DNA of 64,000 nucleotides from Octopus sinensis. Lineage: Eukaryota. The translations under genes and the position numbers were made by a program. Below, one piece after another: positions 13,441-27,252 of the stretch. Numbering within the stretch: the stretch's first letter is position 1; each line of letters opens with the position of its first letter. The stretch lies in NCBI RefSeq assembly GCF_006345805.1, contig NC_042997.1:148490001-148554000 (forward strand). The letters are read 5' to 3'. The notes under the pieces are model-generated. The model ran no database searches, was not told the origin of the DNA, and saw nothing but the letters and a program-made list of their open reading frames with translations.

Positions 13441-14460
13441 ATGAATATAAGGAATCCTTTTGCTATTGAATACATAGAAAAACATCAACAGAAGGAATAC
13501 TGGTGACACTTTCCTATCAAAATATCTGTGAATTGTAAACTTATAAGGCCGGATATTGTTCTTTGGGACATCAAGAAAGTGTATGTACCGTCATAGATTT
13601 CAGGTGTCCTGCTGATGTGAATATCATTTTGAAAATCAATGAGGAAGAGAATAACTATATACAACTGCTTAGAAACTTGCTGCTTCTATATCCAGATTAG
13701 AAATCTGCATTTATACCGGTAATAACTGGTGAACTTGGTTGTGTGATTGAATGCCCATATTATAATCTGGATATAACCAATATCTCGAACATAACAAATG
13801 CAATCTTTAAGTGGAGCAGTAAAACTATGCAAGATTGTTCTCAGGTTTAAAGTGTGACATGTTCGTTATCTACATTACAAAGATGTGGAGGCGTGTGGCC
13901 TAGTGGTTAGGGTGTCAACATTATGATCGTAAGATTGTGGTTTCGATTACTGGACCAGCTTTTGGTTCGTGAGCAAAACACTTCATTCACGTTGCTCCAG
14001 TATAACAAATCTCGAACATAACAATGCAATCTTAAGTGGAGCAGTTAAAAACTATGCAAGCTTGTTCTCAGGTTAAAGTGTGGACATGTTCGTTATCACA
14101 TTAAAAGAGTGGAGGAGTGCCTGTGGCCAGTGTTAGGGTGTCAACATTATGATCGTAAGATTGTGGTTTCGATTCCTGGACCAGCTTTGTTTTCTTGAGC
14201 AAAACACTTCATTTCACGTTGCTCCAGTCCACTCAGCAGGCAAAAATGAGTAAAGCTGCGCTGGAGTGGCGTCCCGTCCAGCTGAGGAACACATACGCCA
14301 TTAAAACCGGAAAACCGTGCCCATGAGCCTCGCTAGGCTTCAAAAGGGCGCATTTATTTTAATTTTATTTACATTACAAAAATAGAACTTTGTATCTTTG
14401 TTGTAAATCAGCTCCCTCCACAGAGGAAGAGTTTAAATAATGAAATAAAAAAAGGACGTA
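13441..14460 (+). mobile_element. 3' end of an RLE-type LINE (R4/Dong/NeSL-like), with a SINE inserted in its 3' UTR
   Basis: RPDIVLWD..CTVIDFRCPADVN..LLYPD*KSAFIPVITGELG is a restriction-like endonuclease (PD..D) motif. Same family at 43100-43270 and 55170-55430. Confidence 0.8.
13886..14360 (+). mobile_element. SINE with family D head, partly duplicated
   Basis: Head GGAGGCGTGTGGCCTAGTGGTTAGGG; TSD TACATTACAAA at 13871-13881 and 14370-14380. Confidence 0.85.
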
Positions 14461-14499
14461 CATGCCTGTATATATGCCCGATGAAAAATTCGCAGATTT

Positions 14500-15500
14500 T
14501 GTAGCGTACTTTGCTTCTAATGGCACTCTTTAAATACTTGAAAGGGATATGGTTTTCGACCGTTCCATTCTTTTGCCCCACCTGATTTACACAATCTTAC
14601 TTTCTACTCTAATAGACTAAAGTGGTGCATATAATGAGGTGAGAACTTCCTATTATTTTGAGTTTATGCTGTCATTAGTTTGTTTTTACACTTGTTCTAT
14701 TATTCCAAACTTATATTTGAACCAATAGAGAACACATTTACACCGTTGCAACAGAAGTGTATCCTCTGACGCATCAAGCCTTTTTACAGAATATTGACCC
14801 TGATAGACTGGAAGATTACTTACGCTTGGAGCGCACATAGTTTGGTGCATCAAGAACTGACCAAGGGTTATACAATAACATTAAGCTCATGTTTATATTA
14901 GCTGAATACACTGCAACATTTGAAAGTACACATCAATCGCCAAGAAAGGCAATAATTTTACTGTCAAATACTGGCCTATTCTCAATTCTAACATCTTGAC
15001 GTTGATAGAAACAGTGTAAAGATTTAATTTACATATATTTGCATTTGCCCATCCTACTGCTAAGAGACAAAACCTATGTTTACGTATGATTAAATAGCAA
15101 TTAAAACTCGGTTTGTCAACGCTTTAGTTTTGAGGAATCTATTCACGCAAACTACGCATTTAGTAAAAGTCTGCTTCCTTAAATATATAGACGAGTTAAT
15201 TTCAATCTGATTATTAAATACTTCACTACGCTTCTAATTAATTATTTGTCCGAAATTTCATTCGCTTCCCATCCTATTGATTTTATTTGGTTTAATATTG
15301 GATTGATTTTTCGTATGACCAGTACTTTATCTAAATATTCTAGATACATGAAAAGCAATGTTGTTCGTATTGGATTTATTCTCCTTTGAAAAGAACTTAA
15401 CAGTTAATGTTACTGAATCGATTTTCAGTATATTATTGACAATTAGTCGCTACTGCTGTTTACACACTGTTTAGCTTGATCGAGACCTACGATCAAAGAC
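14500..15500 (-). mobile_element. Decayed BEL/Pao RT-connection/RNase H (Peptidase_A17 region)
   Basis: In order on the minus strand: IRKxxSN, LAVGW (cf. LGxxW), TSR..ASI-D (cf. TKR..ASIFDPLG), DASE (14764-14775) and LMTA*TQ (cf. LxxAKTR). Confidence 0.55.
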
Positions 15501-16711
15501 GTTCAGAATGTGTCCTTTCCGTACCTTGACACATATGTACTGTATCTAGGATGTCCTCGTCCCACAAACCGTTGCTTTATTTAATCGGGTTATGTTTGAC
15601 TTGCGAAAGATTTATACCCAGTTTCTCGACATCGAGGTTAATCTGTAATAATTACTCTTGGATTCTGTTAACTCGTTTCTCAACGGCAAAAAAAAAATGA
15701 AAAAAAAAAAAACAGGGAGATAGAGCTTGGCTTTAATTGAAAACGATTCATGATGTTTTAGAGAAACAAATATGGATGAAAGAATTTTTATCTTCTGAAT
15801 TTAATGAAACACCTGTATATTACCATCTCTATTAGAAAAATATTTTCTTATTAAACGATATTAAATCACTACTCGTCGAAGAACAATATTTACCTTTATG
15901 TTTAAATGACGTTATTCAGCAATGATTGACTTAAATAAATGTACTCAATCAATTACTTGTTTACACATGTGAAAGAGAATTTTTATTTAAATATCACTTC
16001 TTGACTTACAAGATCGAGCATGATAGTGCTCGCTTTAATATCAATATATCTGCATAGCACGCAACGTCCGTTATCACGCTTTTCTTAATTTGTTTAAATC
16101 ACCGTATTATTCAGTGTTTATAATTAATACAAAAATGTTATATGGCTTCATATCATTCTTAATGATTTCATTTGTGTTTACTCTATACTTATGCGATGAG
16201 GTTGAGTAGACTGAAACATGTCAAAGCTGTTACCTTGCAGATCACACTTATTTTTCATTGTATTCCATATTTACGTCTCTGAATTATAATTCCTGAACGT
16301 CCTGTCGTGTCTTCGTCTGACCAAAAATATTTAAATATTTAATATGATATTATTGCAGATGTTTTAGTTGATATATGGTATCATTTAGTTGCACAAAGCA
16401 ATGTATTCTTTTTAATGGAAAAATATATGAATTTTATCTAATGTAAGATAAGGGAATAATCTTAATTCATTACTTATTTGACTTACTACTTCAATTTTGC
16501 TACCACTCACCACCCAAATTTACTGTGAACTATATATATATATATATACTATATATATATATATATATATATAGATATATAATATATATATATATAATAT
16601 ATATATATATAATTAATAATATCAAAGGGTAATTAGAAATATTTGAACTATCTATTACCAGTTGTCTAGCATGTAAAAATTTAGTTAATAGACTATGTAT
16701 TATTCATACAA

Positions 16712-16970
16712 ATACAGTGAATATTTAAACACACTAGAGGCATTCATCATAGGATGCCTTGCATGCTAGAGAGGACAGTTAAATTCCAAACCACTATTAG
16801 GGATTTCGAAGGGAATCCCTAATAGAGGGAATGAAAATTAAAAACATTTACCATCTAAATCCTAGATACTTTTTCTCAGTCCTGCTGAAATATTGGAATT
16901 TAACTGTCCTCTCTAGCATGCAAGGAATCCTATGATGTATGCCTCTTGTGTGTTTAAATGTACACTGTAT
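16712..16970. repeat. ~78-bp inverted repeat with internal hairpin, between (TA)n tracts (PLE pLTR-like or MITE-like)
   Basis: 16712-16789 is the reverse complement of about 16893-16970; internal hairpin CTATTAGGGATT..AATCCCTAATAG. Confidence 0.85.
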
Positions 16971-17295
16971 ATATATATAAATTATCACAAAGCACTTCGC
17001 TTTTTTCGATATTTTTCACCTCGACCATCTATAGAAGCTACGTGATACATATTGAGTACAAAAATGCTGAGATCGAGAATAAATATGTTCTATTAAATAT
17101 TTAAGCAAAAGTTTAAATATTTAATATAATATCATTGCAGATGTTTTAGTTGATATATGGTATCATTTAGTTGCACAAAGCAATGTATTCTTTTTAATAG
17201 AGAAATATATGAATTTTATCTAATGTAAGATATAATATAAATATTATATCTCACATTACTTTAAATTTCATAAATAAATATCATAAGTATAGTAT

Positions 17296-18090
17296 ATGAG
17301 GTGCGATTAATAAGACTGTTGCCAAATTAATGAAGCTAAAGTACCCAGTGTAAAGCCGTTTAGAACAGTCTGACCTTGATATCTATTGTTCATGCGCACT
17401 AAGTGTTAACGTTCTAACTCACGCTTTTTACAGCAGTGCTTGGAAAGAACGTGTGTTGCGTGTGATCGTATGCATCGACCATGACAGTAAACGTTGTCAT
17501 GGTGGTACCTGTTCAGAGTCTTACACAAATTTGCAGATAGTGTATAGAGAGGAGCGTATGAACCGTTCTCTTCTCTCAGATGTTTCCAAGATGACAGAAA
17601 AATGTCGATACTAACGAACGTTCTGGAATACCCGCAACCAGCAGGAATGTGAAAAACGTCGAAAATGTGCGTGCAGCTGCGAGGGGGAATCGTCGAATCA
17701 CAATCCGTGAGTTAGCAGAGGATGCGCAGATTAGTTACAGTTCAGTTTAGTCCATTATCACTGAAGATTTGGGTATGAGACGTGCGTCTGCCAACTTTGT
17801 GCCAAAACTGTTTTCAGCTCACAAAAGAGACACTCGGGTTTCAGTTGCATTCGGGTTTCAGTTCTCCTTGATTATGTGGTGAACGATAAAAACTGTTGCC
17901 AAGCTTTACGTAGGCCTCTGAGGAGGTATCGCCAAGCTTTTGGTAAAATTTGATGCAGATTATCTGCTCACCGTTCTCTGTTATGTTTAATTCATCGATC
18001 ATACGCTACACACGTTCATGCCAAGCACTGCTGCAAACTGCGAAGATGAGCCAGATCTTTACAACTACGTGCACACGCACAACTTTGTTC
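17296..18090 (+). mobile_element. Tc1/mariner relic (N-terminal HTH region) plus an inverted mariner 5' fragment
   Basis: ERSGIPATSRNVKNVENVRAAARGNRRITIRELAEDAQISYSSV*SIITEDLGMRRASANFVPKLF. The minus strand at about 17925-17970 reads EQIICIKFYQKLGD. Confidence 0.9.
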
Positions 18091-19182
18091 GAGGTCAATC
18101 TCTGGCTTTACTCTCTTTCATTCTGAACTGATTACTTGCGATTTTAACATGAACTCGTTGAGGTTTGCAAAATGATTGCGGAAGATTCACAGATGTTTTT
18201 ATCATCCACCTAATACACTTTGCAAGCAGTGCATGATAAACTATAAAGTTTCGTCTCAGTTGCTCATGCAGATATGCACCATCCTCGGTCTTCTTACCTT
18301 TCGCCCAGCGGAAAAACGAACATGTGATATCTAGAGGAAGAGAGGGATTCGTCAGCACAAGGCTGGCATTTATTTCCAGCTTAAAAGAGTGTACCATCGT
18401 GAAATAATGTACCTTGATCAATGGCACAAATTACAACTGTATCCTGAAATAAAGCTGAAGTTGTTTCTCTTAATAGCGCAATTACTCTAACAACTAGACT
18501 ATGAAACACAGAGAGAGATATTCTGAAGCAATAAAGAGAAGAGAACTGTTATTTTGGGTTCTCCAATTTTATCGTGAATAATTGCCAATAGCTCCTTACG
18601 TGGATAACAAAAATAAGAACGGTCACCTTCATCTTAGATCGAACTTCAGTTATCAGATAATTAGCATTCAAATATTCATGAGTGTATTCTTTTCTATTTC
18701 AACAAAACACTGGAGGCGTAAGTACGTTAGATAAGCTCATCGACTTGCATGATATGTGGTTTAAACAGGAAAGCACATACGGACACGCAGAAGCAACAAA
18801 TCCACAACGACTGGTTGCGGTGGCAACCAAAAAAAGTATGAAGAACTTTCTGTAGACAAAATTTAACTCGAAATAAATGTGTGGATACTATTCAAATTGA
18901 CCTTGTGATGGACTTTCAATATCCCACCAGAGTCATAATCAGCACTCTGCTATCTTTCTTATATAAGTTTTCCATATATAACTACTCGGCTCTAATTTAT
19001 TACGAAAGATGAAAGACCCATCAATTTCCATTTCCTGTCACACTACAATCCACTTTTTATTAATTTTAAAAAGAATAATGAACATAGGCGCAGGAGTGAC
19101 TGTGTAGTAAGTAGCTTGCTAACCAACCACATGGAACCTTGTGAGTAGATTTGGTAGAAGGAATCTGAAAATAACCCGTCGC

Positions 19183-19214
<32 letters not shown>

Positions 19215-21700
19215 ATGTGTGTGTGTTTGTCTCCTACCATTGTTTGACAACCGTTGTTGGTGTGTTTACGTCCCCGCAACATAGCATTTCGGCAAAAGAA
19301 ACCGATAGAATAAGAACTAGACCTACAAAAATAAGTCCTGCAGTCGATTTCTTCGATTAAAGGCGGTGCTCCAGCATCGCCGCAGTCAAATGACTAAAAC
19401 TACTAAACTAACATAAAAAAATAAAAAGTGCATTTCAATAAGGCAAGATTACAATTATAACAGATAACTATACAAATATGCATTAGTCAGTAAAATGGAG
19501 AATACGAAGCAATATTTGGACAATAAATATTTGGACACGTCAACTAATAATATATATTGCAGGTTATATATAGACAAACATTCCCGTGAGAACAATGAGA
19601 AAATGTTGAATACATGTGTTTTGATCTTACATCAATTAAATATAGATCGAAGAGTGATTTTATAGGTCTTGAGTTTTAATCTACAGCTAATCTACAGCTA
19701 TCGTACACGACTCTTTCAGTAATTCAATTACCATATTTAGACAAAATTAATATTAGCGCTTCTAAGATATTTCTACTTTCTATTTCCTACTACTGGAACA
19801 TAATCAATCGTGTATTTTCCTACCATATTTCATCTACAAAGCTCAGTGTAATTCGGTTTATTATCAGTATCTTTATGTTCACTTAAATGTAGATAATTGA
19901 AACGGGATATTATTTAATATAACACATGTGATAGCGACAAGAAATTTAATTATTGTTTTCAGGCCAAATGCAATTAATATTTTTCAGTCAAAGGTCACTA
20001 TTAGAAATACGCTCTTCTCTTTTGTCTCTCAAACCCTTCATCTATGTCGAAAAATCTTCAACAAACATATATTCGACGTCTGCATGATTGTCAATGTTTT
20101 ACGAACCTGTGTTTTGGCAATCAAATGAACTATGTTCCACTCAGCTAATATTTGAAGTAATTCGAATGTTTCTTCTGATGCATCATTTGCTACCACTGCT
20201 AATGCAAAATCCATCCCAGTGATTATGCAGAGCACTGCATGAATCCCTTTCCGAGCAGTATATGAGACAAATTTAGAGTTTTTGTTATTATTTATCAAGT
20301 AAACGGAGGGAGGTAATGGAGGATTTAATTCTTTATATTCTAAATGATATTTGCTCATAAGATATCAGAAGTAAACTAACTTGCATCAATCATATTTCAA
20401 GTCCTGAGCTAGAATAAAAGATTCTGGTATTGCAGAGACTCTGAGAAGAAGACAGGGAAGCGAATGACGGTAACAAAGAATAAATTGAGTGGAAATATAT
20501 GAGAGAAATTTGTCGCAGTTAATCTACTGAAAAACCTATTTACTTAATCTCATTGATTCATCGTTGTGACTATTAATAGCTTGACTAGTCAAATTGAGCC
20601 CACTAGAAGAAAAGCGAATGAGACAAAAATAAGTAAAAACAATATTAGAATGTATATTCAAAGATAATTCCACAACTAATTAAAGCTCTGCGTGATAGGT
20701 ATTTTCTACACAATCACTATACATGATAATATAGCAGACGGTTACCCAGCATGTCCACACCACGCCCAGTCGTACGAAAAGTACAGAATGCTGGACAATG
20801 GTTTAAAAAAATGTAAGCATGTCCATAGATCAGTTTACACTGTCCTGACATATAAACAGATATCAACAACACAAACAACTAAAAGAACTATTAAAGACAA
20901 ACTGCGATTTTAATATATTTCACTTCAGTTATAATTCAAATATTTACTGGATTCTGTCAGTAGGATGTTTCACGAATCCAGTTATCGGTGGCGTCCTTTG
21001 CAAAACACGCGTAGCTTCTTTTTGCATGAAAGGGTAAACTGTTTTAGTGGATATAGCGTTGAGTGAACTCGTTACGAATGATTTAAGAAATAAGTATATC
21101 TTTGTAAACGAGCCTGCATCAAACTCTTTAGATTCTGGTTTATGTGAAAATTGAAAGTAAATATGAAAATTCTGTCACAATATTAATTAACCAAAAGTTG
21201 GGTGAGACTAGCGAATCTGCGGAAACTTCACAAAAGACTGTAACTGTATTCAACCGCGAGATTACAGTCATGAGAGTGCAACTGTTGGGTGCCAAAATCT
21301 TCTGAATACAGACATGCACTGATTGTTTTTAAGTACTGTTTTGAAGCCGTTCTGATTGCCTCGTTAGTTTATTTGGCATTCAAATTTTGAACCTGTTTCT
21401 CATAGTCACCTTTTAATCCAGCCGTCGATATTCCTTATGTGCATATGTGTTTCTTTGAGATATATTTTGAATTATATTAGAGACCCTTGTGGCTGATAAA
21501 GAAATTATACATGGTTGTTACAAAACTCGGCTTTGACTCCTTCGTGATCTATGGAGACAAGAAATTTTGCGTAGACAGTACTGCCTAATATTCATCGAAC
21601 CGCTTTACATCTATGGTAAATCAGTTTCAGCAATACGACTTCCATTTCTGCTGTGTAAAGATAAGATGTATTAATAGGCCTTCTTTATATCACATATTTA
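18090..21700 (-). mobile_element. Decayed BEL/Pao pol (RT, RNase H, integrase, DUF5641)
   Basis: FDAG..SSLN (about 21060-21125); DASEETF..HLIAKTQVRKTLTI (ORF 20038-20358, cf. DASxxAY..AKSRVAPxKxxTI); DSGGILKV (about 18910-18935, cf. DxxGxLRV); GEPKI (about 18550); CIRWMIK (ORF 18095-18427). Confidence 0.65.
19087..19428 (+). mobile_element. SINE family B (internal deletion)
   Basis: GGCGCAGGAGTGxCTGTGT head; TTACGTCCCCG..GGTGCTCCAGCAT..CAGTCAAATGACT tail. Confidence 0.9.
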
Positions 21701-21904
21701 ATATTCTACAGTGAGACAAATAACCAGTCAGAAAGTAATATCTACGTGCTTATAAATATATAGGAATCTATATTCATACCCCCCACACACACACGAATAT
21801 ACACACAACCACACGCATATACAAACATATATGTACACATGTATGTATGTATGTATATATGTATGTATATATACCCTCGGAATACCACTGTTTATATTTA
21901 CCGA

Positions 21905-21947
<43 letters not shown>

Positions 21948-24900
21948 CACATATATATGTGTATGTGCTTATAATTATACATATATAGATATACATTTAT
22001 AACATTATGTACGTCTAGGTTGTGTATTTGAATATGGTATGTAAATAAGTGAGCATACAGAGAAATTTCCTTCATACCCATACTCACACATGTATATATG
22101 GGTGGGTGTATGTGTATGTGTTTGTATGCGGGGGTGTGTGTGTGTATGTGTGTGCTTGTGTTTATAATAACTAAATATACATTTATGTATTTGTGATTGC
22201 GGGCATGTGTAAATAAGTGATGAGTAAATCTTAATATTTGTATATGCGGTAAATTTATCGCGCATTCATCATGACAGCACAGCCTATGAATATTTCTATG
22301 TATATTCAACTGAAATACATAAAATATATCTCTCAGACTTCATTGGTATTTTGTGTATATAAATATTTTAGTAACTAAGTTTTCTACGTCAATAACAACA
22401 ACTATATGAATATACATATTTTATCCTGAAAATGTATTATTAGGTATTCGTAGGCATTTTAGTTGCGCAAACAACTGAATTTATTTATACAAATGCTGCT
22501 AACTGATAAACTTATCCAACATAGAAAAAGAAATATACGTAAATATTGATTTCAATACTAAGTGTATGCTACAAGTTTCTCTGACATTGGAGCTGTTTGT
22601 GTCAGGCAACGAATATTAAGAAATAACGGGAAATTTCTTATGATGAATATGGATACCAGCAGTACGTACTTCCTACCCAGTATATGAGGCATCATCCATC
22701 CGGAAATCTCCGGAATAATATTGTTGTTTTTCTTTCATTTATTTAGGAAAATGTTGCTATATGTTTGGCATCGAGGAGGTTATATTCCTATATATTTACC
22801 CTAGTGATTACCTATACATAACAAGCATGAATATATATTATTAAAAACCAAAATTTCCTCTCAAATTCACGAATCACTCGGACTATACCCCATTCAACAA
22901 GGCCGTATTTATAGCATACGTTTATTGATTTCTTACTGAAAAATATCACTAAATGTTGTGGGAATAGATGGAATGATTTAATCGACTCCAGTGCATTGCG
23001 AATTTGTAAAGAAAAGTGGACGTGACAAATATATTTCTAATTTTTCCCAGAAGAATTAAAAGCAATTGTGATTCTTATACATTGAAATTCAGAGCATACA
23101 CAGAATATATTCATTACTATCAAACATTTTGTCTGACTGTCTACCATTTATGTTGCTCGAAAACTTGGAATCAATTAATGTTGGTAGAAATACTCAAGAA
23201 TTTAATGAAAAGCGAATATAAGGAAGGGTGCGTGAATTAGGTTAAAAACCATGCGTTCCACGAAGCTATAATAATTCATTGCAATTTGAAATATCTATGC
23301 TGGTTAATGCAACCAACATCCCTAATGCGTATGAATACTCATACATATATGTGTATGCAAGCGTGTGTATGTATATCTGTAGGAATGTATATGTGTGTAC
23401 GTGTGTATGCGTGTGTGTGTGTATGCGCGTGCGTGCGTTTGTGTCTATGTGTGTCCGTATTATTTACTCTTCCAAATTGCACCTCTTTCCCTGGCAATTG
23501 TTCAAAAACGTCTATGAATAATCTTTGACCACTTTCACTTACGTGTTTCTCCCAATTCATCTTTTGCTTCTGTCGCTCTTCAAATGTGTACAGCTACCGA
23601 TAACTCTTTTATTGTTTGTAGAGTTGCATCGAAATCATGTATGTCACTCACGCCAGTCGGAATCCATCGTCCTCACTAGCTTCAGTATTTAGAAATCTCT
23701 TCCCCGTTGATCTCTCTTCAGCCCGACTTTACCCAAGAATATGTCAAAAGAGTTTAAATACTGAAACATCTGTTGCATATATTACTAATATAAACTCTGA
23801 TACAGTAAGCAACTAATGCATACATCAATACTAAAGCTATCCTTTAGTAAACTGAAATTGCCTCAGCAGCTCTTATACCGTACGTCTTCTGTGTATGGTT
23901 GGCTACCAAACAGACATTTTATAGTGTCAAAATTATGTAAAGCTGTGAGAAACAATTGAATCAACTAGTATCCCTGAGTTCCACCGCACATTCACCTCAC
24001 CTGCAATTGCGACGAGTGAAATGGCGATGTTTACCCTGAGTATAATACTTCACATATATCGCAGAGATAAAAGCCAGAACTCCGAATTTACAAAGTGGCT
24101 CAGGTTGTAACAGTACGTGATCATGTACACGACATGTGGAATAAATTACCGTCTTTTTCAACTGAGTAGCTTTAAGTAACAATACTTTGTACGAGTTGCA
24201 TAAAACGAAAGTAATGTTTATGTGTTGGGAAGTGATGACGAGAGTTTCTCGGTTTCTGATTAGGCGCCATTATATTGAAATTCCCCAAAGATTATCTCTG
24301 AAAAACCTTGCAACAAATATCATGTCCAAGCCAGTTGCATGTACTAACTTCATACACGTTACTGCTAATTCACCCGAGATGTAATAATCGGTGAAGAACA
24401 GACCTTTGGCAAAGTTTTTGAACATTGGTTTTGAATGCACAGTACTTTGAGATCTTTTTATATTCTTGAATTAGTAAATTTACAAAATTTAGTTAATAAT
24501 TCAGCGAAATACCAAGCGGAAATAAGCAGTCATAGTTTGAAGCAGTATCATTAGTAATATATATTGGTGACAGATCTCAGCGGTTTTGCATCCTCTGAAA
24601 CCTGATCGTGTAAAAGGATTTTCCTACATGGAATTTGGCTAGAAATCAGATTTAGTGTAACCCTTTGTTATGAACTTTATACGTTGGCATCATAAACGAT
24701 ATTACTGAAGATTGCAGAAGATTGTATTAATCTAATTCTTTAGTGAAACGCACTAGGAATATGACAAGGGTTTCTATTCAGTAAAATGTATCATGGTAGA
24801 GAAACCTTATGCATTTTCTACGTGGATTAGTGTAACTTTTACATTTCAAAGAAACTTTCTTCAGGAAGTTTCTATAGTTGCAAAGAGGATCACAGCAATT

Positions 24901-25353
24901 TCTTGATTATCAGATTATATTTTCTCATATTCAAATATTGCACGGGTAGCTATTCACTTATTGAAGAGAAAGATACACATTGCATTTCTCTTAGGCAACA
25001 ATAGACATCATAATATAGCAAATATATTAAAAAATATATTTATAATGAGTGAATTAAAAACTCCATTTAAAAATAATGTAATCGATTCAGAACGAACTCC
25101 ATTCAACAAAGGCAGGTTTTGTAATCCATGTTTTCTTCTCCTAACTCACGTCCCACTATAGTTTTCTTCTTCTACTCTTTCCGCTGCTTTCATTAAAACT
25201 TTTCTAGCTCAGTCAATCCAGTCAATACAACTGCCCATGGATTCCAGTTTACCGACGTCTCTGCCCTCTGTTATTGGTCTGCTATCAAGTGGTTCGAAAT
25301 GGCCGGTTCTCATTCCAGCAAATGTTAGTAAACTAGGTATACACAGGAGGTAT

Positions 25354-25768
25354 ACGTAGGAGTGGCTGTGTGGCAAGTAGCTTGCTCACGAACCACATGG
25401 TTCCAGGTTCAGACCCACAGCGTGGCACCTTGAGCAAGTGTTTTCTGCTATAGACTCGAACCGACCAAAATCTTGTGAGTGGATTTGGTAGACGGAAACT
25501 GAAAGAAGCCCGTCGCTTATATGTATATATATATGTGTGTATGTGTGTGTGTTTGTGTGTCTGTGTTTGTCCCCCCAACATCGCTTGACAACCGATGGTG
25601 GTGCGTTTACGTCCCCGTAACTTAGCGGTTCGGCAAAAGAGACCGATAGAATAAGTACTAGGCTTACAAAGAATAAGTCCTGGGGTCGCTTTGCTCGACT
25701 AAAGGTGGTGCTCCAGCATGGCCTCAGTCAAATGACTGAAAGAAGTAAAAAAGTAAAAAAATAAAGAG
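25354..25768 (+). mobile_element. Near full-length SINE family B
   Basis: tRNA-like head, internal (TG)n, A-rich tail; homologous to 19087, 61106 and 62265. Confidence 0.92.
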
Positions 25769-26770
25769 TATAAATTTAAACAGATTGGGGTACATACAAA
25801 ACCATATTTTGGACAAAATATATTCACTCCATTGAAGGAATTTTTCTGAAGTATGTGAACCAACATATATACGAGAACATCTTTGCCCGAAATTAACTTT
25901 TTCTTCACCTAGTAATAAAATAGTGGATGTGCTGTGTCTTAAAGATTTTAGGCAGTTATATGAGTCACTCGTGTATTATGTACAATAGTGCCAATCTTAC
26001 ATCACTCTCTTCTGAAATTTTAGTCGGAAGAATTGACATGTTTTGATTTGTCTTCTCGCTGGCGCTTTCCTAAACATTATCTAGAATCATTAGTACCGAA
26101 ATACAACACTAATGATTCTAGATACCATATTTGCCAACAAAATGGGTTTATCTGGATTGTCCTTTCCGTTAATTGTTCTACACATATTTCCCTCTTATGT
26201 TGATACATTCCCAAAACACTTACGAGCACACAGATATTTGCGTGCAACCATATGCACGCGTCCCACACACATACACAAATGACTATACACACATACACAA
26301 ATGTCTATATGGATTTTGCGAAATTCTTCATGCATATACAGTAATAAATGAAGTTCGAAAGTATAATATAATTTGGTAGCCAAATTGTATGTGGATATAT
26401 GTGTATATATGTGTGTGTGTGTGTGTGTATGTGTATGTATAAACATATATTCATTTATATATGTACGTATGAATATGCATATACATACATACACACACAT
26501 ACATACATATATATATATAGGGGAGTTTTGTAAACTACTCTTTTCTTAAACTCACTTGCAACGCTTTGGGCTCGAGTGGTAATCGTAAATTATTGTTCAC
26601 CAATCATGCAATATCACTATCAAACCCAATCCAGGCGATCGTGAAGGGAATTTTTTGACAAGAGATTCATGCATGGCCTTCATTCTTCCACATACTCTCT
26701 TTTTACTTCTACTTCTCTCTATTCTAGTAGATATAGATGAGTGTGTATGTGTGCGTGTGAGTGTGCTTGT

Positions 26771-26837
<67 letters not shown>

Positions 26838-27004
26838 GTGTGTACTTATATCACTTTATACATTATTTATCAGTGAAATGAAATAGTATACAAATTTACT
26901 GGGGAAACGTGTGAAATGGCTAATGAAGATATGGGTTTATGTAAGTTAGAGTATATTTATCTAGACTTTAGATTATATGAACCCATTAGCAAAGATCCGT
27001 ATCT

Positions 27005-27252
27005 TAATGGTTGGTATAATCGGCTCAGGATCGTAAGGCCTTGTGTTCGATTCCTGGGGGCGCGTTAGGTCCTTGAGCAATATACTTTATTTCATGTTGC
27101 TGCAGACCACTCAGCATTCTTTGTCACATTTAATCTCCCTAAGAACTACGTGAAGTATCCGTGTGTCTGTGGAGTGCGTAGTCATTAACACACTAATTTC
27201 ACGAGTAGCCTGATTCTGGAAACCTCATCATCGCAACCGATGGAGTACCAGT
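27005..27252 (+). mobile_element. SINE, family D head
   Basis: GTTCGATTCC B box and CTTGAGCAA..TTTATTTCATGTTGCT core. Confidence 0.75.

Noticed and set aside
20038-20358. ORF first read as adhesion-GPCR TM6-7 (AVLCIITGMDFALAVVA)
   Set aside because: DASEE..AKTQV..KTLTI and the colinear RT and integrase motifs on either side fit BEL/Pao RNase H better; no other TM segments or splice structure were seen.
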